Positions 29,776 to 61,444 of a DNA stretch of 64,000 nucleotides are shown here, piece after piece; the first letter of the stretch is position 1; every line of letters starts with the position of its first letter. The position numbers and the translations under genes are program-made. The stretch lies in the NCBI GenBank assembly GCA_039096225.1, contig JBBPEB010000013.1, positions 372,001-436,000 on the forward strand, given 5' to 3'. A model generated the notes under the pieces. The model made no database searches, was not told the DNA's origin, and saw only the letters and a list, made by a program, of their open reading frames with translations. Origin of the DNA: Blastocystis sp. Blastoise (Eukaryota; Protista; Bigyra: Opalinata).

Positions 29776-32427
29776 TTTGATTTTATTTATTCTACATTAT
29801 GTACTTTATTATTTTTTTATATGTTATTTCATGATTTTTTGTTTGTTTTTCTTAAATTAAATTGTTTTTCTTAACCAAAAATAATATTATTTTATCCTTA
29901 GCCATCAATACATAATATAAAAAATTTTTACTATTGAAAAGTATTCATAGTATACTATTTGCAAAATGTATGAACTGTAATGTTTGTAGTTATTTGGCTT
30001 TAAGAAATGACAATAATAAAAAAACTCAAATGATTGAAATAAAAAGATAGCTTTTTAATTATTTAGAACAAATATGAAACGATCTTTAAGATACAAAAGG
30101 ATACATAATAAGAATATATAAATGTATCGTAATAATAGAAACAAATAAAAAATAAAAAAATAAAAAATATATATATATATATGATAATAATAAATATATA
30201 CTTGCATGACTAATAATAATAAGTCATAAAGATCATAATTATTAATAATAGTCACATAAAAAACAAATATATACTTAAAATCAATCTTAAGAATGAAATC
30301 AATATGAAATAGAAAAAAAAAGAATAGATAGATAATGATGCTAAATATATATAATATGTTCATAACTGTATATAGTAATATAAAACACAAATGATGGATA
30401 TATATAAATAAAAGAATAAAATATAATAACAAATATATTATAAATATGTAATAAGAATATATACATAAAAAGAATTAGTTGTAGAAAAACAAGATTTTTC
30501 AGGTTAATTTATTCCTATTGTAGCCAATATCCATAAATAACAACATGAAAAGATATAACAAGCTATTAACCTTTTAATATATGTATATATAATGATGTAT
30601 ATATTATATAATAAGAATACTTTGCTCTATATATATGTATTAAAAAAAATAGATTTATTATAGTATATAGTATTTATATATATTAGATAAATAAAGATGA
30701 GTGAATATATGTATATATGTTTAGTGTATAGACCTTGAGGAATACTAAAAGTATAGATAACAAATAAATAATATAAAAAAAAAAGAAGATAATACAGTAT
30801 TATTTAAAAATAAAAAAAAATAATTCAAGTTTCAACAATATAAAACAATATACTTTTATAGAATTCATAATTAATAAATAATATAATAAAGGAAATATAT
30901 ATAGAAAAGAAATGTTAAAAACAAGAGTAAATATAAATTATTAAAAAATAAAATAATTATATATATATAAGAAAGATTAGATTATTAACATTATTTTCTT
31001 TTCATTAAAAATAAATATCAATAAATAATGAAAATAAAAAGAGAATAAAACGAAGAATTCATATATGTATATAGAGTAAAATAAAAATAAATACAAAATA
31101 GTAAAGACTAGATATATATAAATAATAGCTAATTAACAAAGTATTAAGTAATAGTTGAAAATGTCTTTAATAAAATTATATTATCTATATATATATAGTT
31201 AATTAAATTATATTCTAATACTAATATATACTTTATTCATTAACGAGATAAAAAGGTATACAAATATATATAATGTAAATTATATAAAAAAAAAAGAGTA
31301 GATATACAATATATAATAAATCTTGTAAAATAAATAGTGACAAAATAGAAAAAGAAGAGTATTATATATATATATATACATAAATATATATATATACAAT
31401 ATTTGTTATATATAATAATTTGTTTCAAAATAATAAAATAAAAAACAGACAGAAAATTAGATTAAGTAGCGAACTCTATATATTAATATATAGTATTCCA
31501 AAAAACCATATATATATATATAATTTAACTGCGATGCAAACAATACAATACACATCAAAGTTATTAAATGAAAAATAAATAAAATTATAGCAAAAACAGT
31601 AAAAATATATATGTTTATTTTTTTTATTTTTTTTTTAATAAAATACTATTCGCAAATATAAATAAATATAGGAAAATGAATTTTTAAAGTATGAAAAAAT
31701 GAAAATCAAAAAGAATGAAACAAAAATAAATAAAATATAAAAAAAATAAAATATAATAATAAAAAAAAGATTAAATAAGAATATATTTGTATGGGGAAAA
31801 ACAAATGAGGAAATAAATATAAACATGAGGATTATATATATATTCTAATATAGATAATATCAGAAATAAGAAATATATATATATAATATATTAAATATAT
31901 ATATATATAATATATAGAATATAAGGAATATATATATAAAACATAATATATAAGAAATATATATATATAATATATATAATATATATATATAATATATTTC
32001 TAAATATATTATTATAAATGTATATATCAATAGATATATACATTGAACATTAAGAATAAAGGGTTAAATATTTATAAATAAAAGAAGATGAATAAATAAT
32101 AAAGTTATATCTCTTATTTTCTTCAAGAAAAATAATGTATATATATATATAGTGATCGATATAGTAGACAAAAGATAATATATATATGAATACTTATTGA
32201 ATATATATATAATATATAATATAAATATAATAATAAAATAGTATACTATAGGAAACAATGAATTTCATAATCACTTATAGCGTGGAGAAATGAATAGTAT
32301 TTCAAATATAATTGTATATATATGTAAAGTGTAAATAAGAGAATAATGATAGATATAAATATATTCTAAATAAAATATAAAAACCCATAAATGAAAAGGA
32401 CGAAAAAAAAAAAAAGATTATTTAAAT

Positions 32428-32465
<38 letters not shown>

Positions 32466-32831
32466 CAAGAAAATATCTCGAAATATGTAATAATGAATAT
32501 AATGAATATAATGAATATAATGAATATAATGAATATAATGAATACAGAAAATAGAAAAGAAATAGATTCTACATATATATAGATATATATATAAGAAAAA
32601 TCTCTTTTAAAAAGAGTACATGCATATAATAATAATTATTCCTAATTCAATTAAAATAACAACAATAAAATCTGTTTAGGACAAAGAAAATTAAATACTA
32701 AAAAAAAAGAAGAAATGACATTAGTGTTAAATAAAAATTAAAATAAACAATTTAGAATATTTTATATACTAAATATATAGTATTAAATATATACATATGT
32801 ATATATAGAAGAGTTCGTTAAATAAAATTAT

Positions 32832-36982
<4,151 letters not shown>

Positions 36983-38719
36983 TTCTTATTTTGCATATAT
37001 CAGTAATATATTAGAAAAAAGACAAATAAGACGTCACAAAGAAAATATATTAAAAAATGACTTTACAAAAAAAAACAAATTGTAAGAAAAATGTGACCAA
37101 TAATCACGAATATAGAAATGTGGTCTTTGAATAAGTGAAAACAATTGTATTTCCTCGGTTTAACCAACAGTTTTAAGGCCATATTAACAAAATTATAAGA
37201 GCCCTATTACGAAAACCAAACGTGATTATCTCTTGGTTGAACGGAATAACTGTAAAGTGTTCAACGAACCAGATGCATATTGAACATATCAACCAATAAT
37301 TTCCATGATATAACCAAATACTACTGATAACGCCCAATATTAGGCGTCATGACATCTACAAAAAATGCAACATCTGACAAAAGTTGTGTTTTTCTATAAG
37401 AAAAAGATTATGCGAGATATACTTTTTATCTTTAAGATAGAGTTATCATTTGCCTTATCTTTTTGACCAATTTGTTTTTTTGTTTGCTGTTTTTTATGTA
37501 CAAATAACTATATTTATTGAGTAACCTTATTTTAGCTGTATCTTCTGAAACGTTATATACATATTACTATATGTCTAACCATGTTGCTTTTATCATCTAT
37601 TGAATGACTCCTCTATTTATATATTGTGTTCAATAGGATAAATGTACATCACTTTTATAGATAAAAAGCATGCTTTTTTTAGTTTGAGTATTTTATTTTT
37701 TGCCAATCTCCAATTTTTTACAGTCTATAACTTTTTTATTGTTGTATCATAAGATTCTTTTATATAATTTTGAGCGGGTATTTGCTTAACTAAGTTGATT
37801 TCGTCATTCAAAAATATTCTTTTAACAATATTTATAAAATATATATGCTATAAAGCATATTATTCGATACATAACCATAATCAATATTCAGTTTCAAGTC
37901 AAAACGACCCAAGACTCAGCAATAACGAATAAATGTGAATATTATCACGAGTATATACAACATTTTGTATTTTTTAATAATATATCCCTATATTAGTTGA
38001 TACAAATAGTTATTGACAAAGATAATTGATGTGAAGAAACATTTTAAAAATATGTTACTTGCTTTGTCGCAAATATGAATACGTTCTCTATACAGCATAT
38101 ATTATAATAGTAAATAAGCAGACTAAGAATAACAAATAAAATCGTTAAATTAAGAAAAAACATGTGAATGGTCGTATAACATGATAAGGTTTTATGATAA
38201 AATTATGTTTTTAGTCTGTAGCGAGATAATAGAATCATATAAATGAGGGAATACGATTTAAAATGAAGTCGCACCAAAGTAAAAGATTACGTTATTTATG
38301 AAATAGTAGGTGATTCTGGTTATAACATAATTGTTCCTATTTAATAAACATTTTTTTTAGAAAAAGCATTCTTTATAATAACACATTTCGATAAGGTGAA
38401 GTAACAAAGTAAGTTATTATTTATGAATTCCGTTTACGTTTATATGAAAAAACATAAAAGATGACTAGAGATTTTAATTTAATCGCGGTTGTGGTTAAAA
38501 CAAGAATTTAGAATTTTTCTTTTGTATTTCACGACCACTTTAATTCGTCGTTAAAAGACTTCAAAATAAAATATAAATAAAGAAGTTTTCCTTTCAAAAG
38601 GTCTACTGCTGATAAAGAACAATTACAAATAATTTTCTGGCACTTTTTAAACTGTAATGATGTTTCTTTAAGATTTATATAGTCTATATATTTTAGAACT
38701 GCTTTACGTTGAACTTGAT

Positions 38720-42945
<4,226 letters not shown>

Positions 42946-43544
42946 GATTAGAGTTTACTATTTATAGTCTCCATTTTTTTTTTTTTGTTTTTTGTTTTTT
43001 GTTTTTATAATTTTTTTATTATTTGTATTTGTTTTATGTATTTTATAGTTATTCTTTTGCCATTATTCTTCTTCTATTTTTATTCTAATTAAACACATTT
43101 TTTTTTAATTATTCATTATTTTAAGTCTTCTTCTATTGGTCAATTATATCTGACTTGTTATATTTTATGTCTACTATTCTTAATCGTTTTTCATTTTTTT
43201 TTTGTGAATCATATGTTTGTTTTTATTAGTATTTAAAGATTTTCAATTAATTCGTCATACTCTTTTTATTTAAGTAGAAAATATTTTAAAATAATTTTTT
43301 TTTATCTTATGCGAATCTTTGTAAAATAAAAAAATATAGTTTCTTTTATAATTAAAAAAAATATGAAAACATAAATAGTTCTTATCCTATAATACAAAAG
43401 TTAAAGATAAAAAATATATTGATAAATAGAATACATTATTTATCTGATAACAGAAAAATTTAAAAAGAAAACAACAAACAACAATAATATTTAAAAACTT
43501 GCTAGCAAACAACATATATAGAACAACTACAAACAATATATTAT

Positions 43545-44071
43545 TTAATCAAAGTCTTTTTCTAAAATAAGATTAAATCCAAGGAAATTAGAAATTTGTC
43601 TAAATATTTGATCCATCCATCCACTAAGAACGCTATTTACAACTCCACTATTACCAAATTTATCAAATTTAGGAATATTCGTTTGATCAATAGTAACTTC
43701 AGTTAAAGCATGTTCAATTTCATCTAAACGAATTGTAGCAATAGAGTATACTCCATCTTCCCAATCTCTCTTACGCCATTTCATTTCTATACCTGAATTG
43801 TCCTATATTCAAAGAAGAAATGGTAAAAATGGTATTTAAATCAAAGAATATATCATACAATCTTTAAGAATTGACCCATGATAGCACCATCAAATATAAT
43901 ATATCGTCCACCTACTTTATTTTCAATAGAAGCAGGAGCTCTTGTATAAAATTGAACCATATTATTATCTGTAATAGCTCTGACAATTTCAGAAGGAGGA
44001 ACACTAAATCTAACACAAAGATGGATATCTTCAGTAGTAGTTTTCTTTGAAGGTTTATTAAATACTTCCAT
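43545..44071 (-). CDS. AHSA1/START-like (Aha1 C-terminal type) domain protein, 2 coding exons
   Basis: FSVPPSEIVRAITD..YTRAPA..GGRYIIFDGAIMGQF..IEMKWRKRDW..DQTNIP..SGWMDQIF. The start codon is uncertain. Confidence 0.8.
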
Positions 44072-44170
44072 AATAAATTCTAAAAGCAATAAATATAGAT
44101 ATATTACTAGTTTAAATAAAATAAAAATAGATATACAAATTTTTAATAGAAATGATAGAATTTCCATTTA

Positions 44171-44205
44171 TCCTAGAAAAATTGCTTTTTGTTCTAGAAA
44201 AATCC
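44171..44205. promoter_or_regulatory. Possible heat-shock elements upstream of the AHSA1-domain gene
   Basis: TCCTAGAAAAAT and TTCTAGAAAAAT 21 bp apart; TTCtaGAA is an inverted nGAAn pair. Plausible for an Hsp90 co-chaperone domain. Confidence 0.3.
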
Positions 44206-45265
44206 ATAAAAACAAGATTATTTTGATTCTTTTCTATTTTTTAACATAACAAAATGAACTCAGAATTTGAGATAAAAGTGTTTATTTGAACTGGAATACG
44301 TTCAAAACAAAAGATTTCAAAGTCTTCAACATACGTTCTGCAGTATTCTTGTGATATACAGACAATATCTTTAAATACATGTTATTCTTAACTTATTTTC
44401 ACACTATACTGCACAAGAAATGTCTTCATATGGTCTTGATATCTTCGATTATTGTTAATAAATAAATCCTCAATAAGAAAACAAACAATAAACTAAGAAC
44501 TCCATTTTATTCATGTCTAACGACTTATTGATTAATATTGAGTATCTTCTGATATCTGCCAAAATGTTTTACATTTGATTTATGAAAAAGAAAAGCTATA
44601 AACATGTCATATGAGAAACACGGCTAATGACCTCATTGACAACACGATTTTAATAAAATGAGCCTTTTATCATATGTCTAGAATTGATATGATTGATTGA
44701 TATTAGAAAAAGAAATTCAGAACAAAGTAATAGTTTATAAACAACAAAATTGTCATTTAAATACACAAAAAATACAATGAATATTTTGTTTAATAATGAT
44801 AATGATTAAGATATACTCATTCGTTTATTTTTCTAACATCTCAATATATGAAGACAGTAAAAAGGATCTAGCAAAGTGAAAACAAATAAAAGAGTCAGAA
44901 GGAGAAGAATGTATTTGTATTCTGAAAAAAAACAACACAATTATTAATTCGTCAATGACAATAAATTGACGAATAGATGAGAGCATTTAAAAACAGGAGA
45001 TTTTTGACTTTATGAAAAACGAGGTTTCGTGAATGAGAATACCGTCAAAGAATGAAAATAATGAAAAAATGCGATAATTCTTGTTTGTATTCTTGATTAT
45101 TTAGGACTACAAAGAAAAAGAAGTTATACATATATATTTCTATTACAAAAGTGTTTATAAGAGTTCAAAAGAGTACCTAGATACTATTCTGAACGAATCT
45201 ATAATAAGGTACTTCTAGAATAGTTCTAAAGAACAAGAACAACGTTTTTGTCTCATTAATTTAAA

Positions 45266-45838
45266 ATGGGCAACTGTATATCAAGTGGATTTGTTTCTGC
45301 ACCTGAAACAAGTCGACTAGTTGAAACCAATCCAGATGAAGAAGTTCCTGGACACGCTACTGAAAATAATATCCTTTTGAATATATTTTATATATATATC
45401 TCAAGTATTCTTGATTATTTTTTCTCTGTTCTCTTAATTCTTTTATGTTTTGCAACACTTATTTCACAAACAATTCATGAAAACAATCTTCGTCAAGATC
45501 GAGAAGATTGGGAGAAAGCGAAATGTGATAGATGGAAACAATTAAGAATATCTACTGTAAATGCTAATTATAATCAAGATATTTCTTGGGTTGATATTGA
45601 AGCTCAAGTATTTTTTATCATCTATTTATTATTGCTTTTATGTTCTACATATATATACATGTTTCATCTTTTTTTTTCCTTGAAGAATAGATATTTTATT
45701 ATTATATAAATCATAATGTTTATTATTATTCTATAGGGTACCTCTCAGTTATCTGATTATGATATTCCAAAAGGTATGGAAGACTTTCATATTACTTGTA
45801 ATTCTGTAAAAGCAGATGAATGGCTTACATTCCTTGTG

Positions 45839-45898
<60 letters not shown>

Positions 45899-48348
45899 TT
45901 ATCTAGAATAAAATAAATGTTTCATATACTATATATAAATACAAGTAATATATAAGTAATATTGTATATATCTATAGATGTGATGGTCATCATGGTAGTC
46001 GATGTGGTAATTTAGTTGTACAGATGTTATCCGATAAAACAAGAAATTATTTACATTCCTGTCATACTATAGAAGAAATGATTGAAGCATTAGAAAGATC
46101 TTATAAAGAAGTAGATGAACAAGTATTAGCTTTATTTGAAGATACTATTCAACAATATGAAAAAGAAGGAAAAGTATACTTTTTATGTAATAGATATATT
46201 TTATTTAAAGAATTATATAACACTGTTTTCTTTTAATCATTTTGTTGTTATTAATTATGATTGTTTATTGTAGTATTATTATATATTTGTTTTTTTAATA
46301 ATTATAATTATATATATGTATATATAGGAAATTGACCCTTCCCTTGGTGTATATAGTGGATGCGTCACAGGTATGATCAATATTAACGGCAATCACATGC
46401 TTTTATCTGGTGTTGGTGATTGTGGTATTATTATATGTGAAAAAGGAAAATCTATTACAAATATTACAGAACATAATGCGAAAAATCAAGAAGAAAGACA
46501 ACGAATAGAAGTATTATTATAGTTATTATCGTGTTTATTATGTTTATTATGTTTTTTATGTTTATTATGTTTTTTATATTTATTATTATATTATTCATTC
46601 TATATAGGCACTTGGAGGATCATTCCGTGATGGTCGAGTTGAAGGATTACTTGGTATATATATATATATATTATACTTACTATTATATATTACTATACTT
46701 ATTATTATTAATAATAATTTCTTTAGCTGTAACACGTGCATTTGGTGATTATGCATTTAAACTTGAGAATGACAAACAGTACGTCATTTGTAAGCCGTCT
46801 ATCGATTATCATGAAATTACTTCAGGTATATATATAATTATTATTATAATATTATGAATATTCTATTAAATAATTTTATATCATTTTCTTTTAATGATTC
46901 ATGATTGTCCTATATATATATATATATAGATTGTGAGTTTGCTATATTATGTAGTGATGGTGCATTATATAATATATCACCTCAAGGTATAGTTACTTAT
47001 ATAAGAGATAAATTACTAAATGGAGAAACACCAGAACAAGTCACAAAAGATGTTATTCAAAAAGCTAGAAATAAGTATATAAAATATCATATTATATACA
47101 TATATATTATTATTATTCTATTAAAATGAACTATTTTATTTTATTTTTATATTAAATCTATATATATATATAAATAAAGGATGTGTTGATGATATTACTT
47201 TATATATAATATTCTTTAATACATCTTTTGTTCCTCCTACTCAAGCTCCTCAACGGATTGGATCTTCAGCATGTGACTCATTGGAGCGTCATTCACTAGT
47301 GACTATTCCTGAACGTCTTAGTGCGTACTCAAATTCTAAAGAACATTCTATTAAATCTTCCAGTCTTCGTCGAAGTGATAGTAATAATAGTCATAAGAGT
47401 AATCATAGTCATATCTCCTTAAGTAATAATACAATGTCATTATCAAATTCCCGTGAAAACTCCTCAAAACATTTAAGAAGTTCAGATAGTAATCATTCAC
47501 TTTTTCTTCATCGAAATAATAGTGCTTCCACATCACAAGATAATAATGTTTCTACACCTAGTATTATCAATAATAATAATAATATATCAGATAATACTAA
47601 AAATATCTCTGATAATAATAAAAATATCTCTGATAATACTAAAAATATCTCTGATAATACAAAAAATATCTCTGATAATACTAAAAAAATCTCTGATAAT
47701 ACTAATAATATCTCTGATAATACTAATAATATCTCCGATAATAATAATAATAGCTTAAATATGTCCCTAAATACTGAAGAGCCTACTCCCCTTCCATCAA
47801 TTCCAATAATTAGCGATATTCCCGCGGGAGTTCTTATCTCAGTAGAACATTCTTCTTCTTCTTCTCTCTCTACTAGATCTACTTCTGCTTCTATTCAATT
47901 CCCTATACATACTCCTTCTCCTTATAGTCCTAAACAAAGTCCTTCACCTCTTAATAGAACACATTATGCATCAACTGCTTCTTCTATTCCTTCATCAAGA
48001 TCTAATACTAATTCTATTTCAAATTCTATTTCAAATTCTCTTCCTCATACTTCTTCTTATATACATACATCTTCTCAACAAAATCCTATAAGAACAAATT
48101 CAGTTGGAAATAAAACTGAAAATAATTTTTTCTCCTTTAATCGAGATTCTCAACGTCGTCATTCTTCTATTTCTTCTCAAACTAATGAAACATCCCATAA
48201 TAACTCTTCAAACTCAAGTCGATCTTCTTCATTTTCTCAAACAAATCCTATAAGACGGATGTTGTCCTTAAAGAAACAATGGGATACAGAAATATTATTT
48301 GATAACCAAAATATCAATTCTATTAATGAACCATTATGTAAATCTTAA
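45266..48348 (+). CDS. PPM/PP2C phosphatase, likely N-myristoylated and palmitoylated, with a long Ser-rich tail
   Basis: MGNCISSG start; GMED, VCDGHHG, GVGDC, EHNAKNQEERQRIE, LAVTRAFGD, LCSDG, GCVDDIT. Confidence 0.9.
45369..45446 (+). other. U12-type intron in PP2C exon 1 (AT-AT; alternative AC end at 45458)
   Basis: 5' ATATCCTTTT, branch CTCTTAAT (45431-45438). Both candidate 3' ends keep frame and remove an out-of-place hydrophobic I/L/F/Y stretch. Confidence 0.75.
47581..47750 (+). repeat. 21-bp coding tandem repeat (NISDNTK)n in the PP2C tail
   Basis: About 8 copies of AATATCTCTGATAATACTAAA variants. Confidence 0.9.
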
Positions 48349-48487
48349 TTTTTATAAAATATTTATATATATTAAAATATATATAATTATTTATCTATAT
48401 TTATATATATATAATATATTCAAATATCTATATCTACCTAAAATCATTGAATGTTATGTTTTTACTTTATTGTAAATAAAACTGTAT

Positions 48488-48536
<49 letters not shown>

Positions 48537-49176
48537 CATGTATTATCATTCTAATACAATAATTATAATCATTTATTTATTCTTGTACTCTAATTTCGTT
48601 ATATATATATATATATATTATTTTCCATCTACTTGCTGTTCGAATAATTTATTTTTCTAATTTTCAAAACTTTCTTTCGCTCTTTTTTCTTTCATTTGAT
48701 AAGAACAATTCAGTATTTTCTTCTTTTCATTCATCTCTTTTTCACTCCACATTTCATATACTACTTTTCTTCTTTTTTCATTTAAGCATGTACTCTTTTC
48801 TATATATTTATTTGTTTGCGTTTTTTGAATCAACCTTTTCTATGTTGATAACTGTTTATAGATTGGAAATTAATTGTTTTGTGAAAACATATAATTACAT
48901 TTTATTAGCATTAAAATATCTAAAAAATTATAATAATTGAATAATCTTATTGAATAACAAAACTAATAAATTGAAAAAAAGTGATATGTATTATAATATC
49001 AATTTATGCAAAAAAATGGAATAGCAGCAATATTAATATGCTCACAATGAAGAAATGAAAAAAGTATATAATCACGACAAAAACCCATAAATAAAGACTC
49101 TATTATCTTAAATAATTAATAAAGTTATATATATATATATATAGAATATATATATCTTTATAAATTAATATTTAAT

Positions 49177-50634
49177 TTAATAGGATCCAGGGACACGCCA
49201 TTGTTGAGGAACTTTACCTTCAAAGACACCTCTTAATACACATTCAGAAGCAATCGTTCCCATACGAGTACGAGTACGAATAGAGGCAGAGGCAATATGA
49301 GGAAGAATAACAACATTATCCATCTTAAGAAGAGGATCATTAGGACTCATGGGTTCAGGGCAAGTAACATCAAGACCTATATATAGAGAATGATAAAATT
49401 AATAGAATATAATAATGTGTATATAAAGAAAAACAATATAAGAAATAATTCAATAAATAGAGTATTAAATGTTTTTATAACATTTATCAATATAAATATA
49501 ATATAACAACGAATAGAGTATTATATATAAATATTTGTTATAAAAAATAATAATAATAACTGCATACCAGCACCACCTATAATTCCCTTCTGAAGAGCTT
49601 CAGTAAGATCAGCTTGGTTAACAACAGGACCTCTAGAAGTATTAATAAAGATAGCAGAAGGTTTCATAAGCTTAAATTTATCCATATTCATAAGATTCTT
49701 AGTATATTTATTAAGAGCACAGTGAATAGTAACGAAATCAGATTGCTTTAATAATTCTTCTTGAGAAAGATATTCAGCACCACAATCCTTTTCAGCTCTA
49801 TCAACACGTCTAGGATCTATATATATATATTTATAGAATTATTTGCTTTTAGTATTTTATATTAATATAATTTTTTTAAATAAATAATAAATAAAATAAT
49901 AATAATAACAAATAAAATAATAATAATAAAAACCTACCAGAATAGACAATTCTACAACCCCAACCAGATAATCTCTTAGCAACTTGATAGCCAATTTCAC
50001 CCATACCAACAATACCAACAGTTCTATCCTTAAGATCGACACCACAATAACCAAGAGGTTCCCAAGTACCCCAAGTACCTTGTTTAACAGAGTTAATAGC
50101 AGTAGGAAGACGACGAGAAGTACAAAGAAGAAGAGCCATAGTTAATTCAGCTACAGTATGATGAAGAACACCAGGAGTATAACCACAAAGAATACCACGC
50201 TTCTTACAAGCATCAAGATCAAAGTGATCAAAACCAACAGACATGGTAGCAACCTATATAATAAAAAAAATCAATTACTTTTGTAATCCTTCGATCAATA
50301 TGTATTAAGTTTATTTCAGTAGTTATGAAAGATTGAACAAGATTTTAATAAATAAATTTATAAAAAAATATATATATACTGTCTTTAATTGAGGTCCAGC
50401 AGCTTCAAAGAATTCATCATTAATCTTTTCAGTAAGAAGGACATAAGCACCATCGCAACCCTTAACCATTTGTAATAATTTATCACGAGGAATAGCTTCA
50501 GCAGCTTTATCCCAATGGACGAGTTCAACATTAGCCTTGAGAAGCATATCCATAGCTTCTTGAGGAATCTTACGAGTAACAAGAATCTTAGGCTTTTTAG
50601 CGACAGTAGAGAGAGTACGAGCAAAGAATTGCAT
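49177..50634 (-). CDS. GRHPR: Glyoxylate/hydroxypyruvate reductase (D-2-hydroxyacid dehydrogenase) with a mitochondrial-type presequence, 4 exons
   Basis: MQFFARTLSTVAKK presequence; MSVGFDH, GYTPGVL, TVGIVGMGEIG, FINTSRGPVV, GAGLDVTCPEP, PHIASAS. Confidence 0.92.
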
Positions 50635-51650
50635 ATTTAAAGAACGAGAACGAGAACGAAAAAACTTTAAAGAACGAAAAACAAAATGTTTATAAAGTCA
50701 AATCTATTTTTATTTTTATTTATTTCATGTGTTGTAGGATGAGAAACCGCTGTGTAATATCTGAGGTATTTCCTCCGACTTTATTGGTTTATATCTATTT
50801 TAAGCCAATCATTATATGAGCTCTTATTCCCTCAATAAATGATTGTATAATAATCCGAGAAACTTCTATTTTCTCTCTTTCATTAACTATGCTCCAAATA
50901 TATTCGGATGTGTTTTCATCTTCATCATAGATTCTCTTCATATATTAATTTTCCATGATTCTTTTCCAATTCTGACTGGAAAAAACGTTATTTCTATTAT
51001 AAAACAGTTTTTTGTTGCTTCTGTTGTAGAATTGTATTCTTCTTCGCCTTCTTGCGGTATTTTGGCGGATAATAGATCTCTTTTTCCTCTTTGGTTCTCC
51101 ATTACCCAAACTCCATTTTATTTTTTATTTTTTACATCTCCGTTCTGTATTTAAGACTAGAATAGAGTTTCTCGTTTATGTTTTTAAAAAACATTAAGAC
51201 TAGACAACAAACGAGGTGTCATAATTATTGTATCCGAAAAATATTATAATTTGTTTCAGACTACTGTTTTATTTATTGAACACTACTATCAAATCTAAAA
51301 ATGATTGTGAATATACTATATATTCATGTAATCTATATCAAAAAAAAATGTAGTGTCATTAGGGAAGTGATACATTTTTACTATTAAAAGTGTTAGAAAC
51401 CTTTTGAGTCGTTGTCTTCATGCTTCTCACACTTATAAATGCTAATTTTTTGTTTCATTAGTATAATTGAAACCACATAAACAATATTTTTTATGTTGAT
51501 TTGTTATTTAAACAAAACTCTATAATGAAACCACTCAAATACTATTTCAAAATAATTTTAGAATGTGAGTTAGTAAAAAGAAAACAATAAATTATATAAA
51601 TAATCGAAAGAAAGAGTATAAATAGTTGTTTTTAAGGAAATAAACGTATA

Positions 51651-61444
<9,794 letters not shown>

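Noticed and set aside
37000-38700. RNase P/MRP RNA or snRNA next to POP1
   Set aside because: No P4 consensus or U1/U2/U5/U6 core sequences seen on either strand.
50843-51154. 103-aa ORF upstream of GRHPR
   Set aside because: TTG start, no recognisable motif, and it lies in a strand-skewed promoter region with CCAAT boxes.
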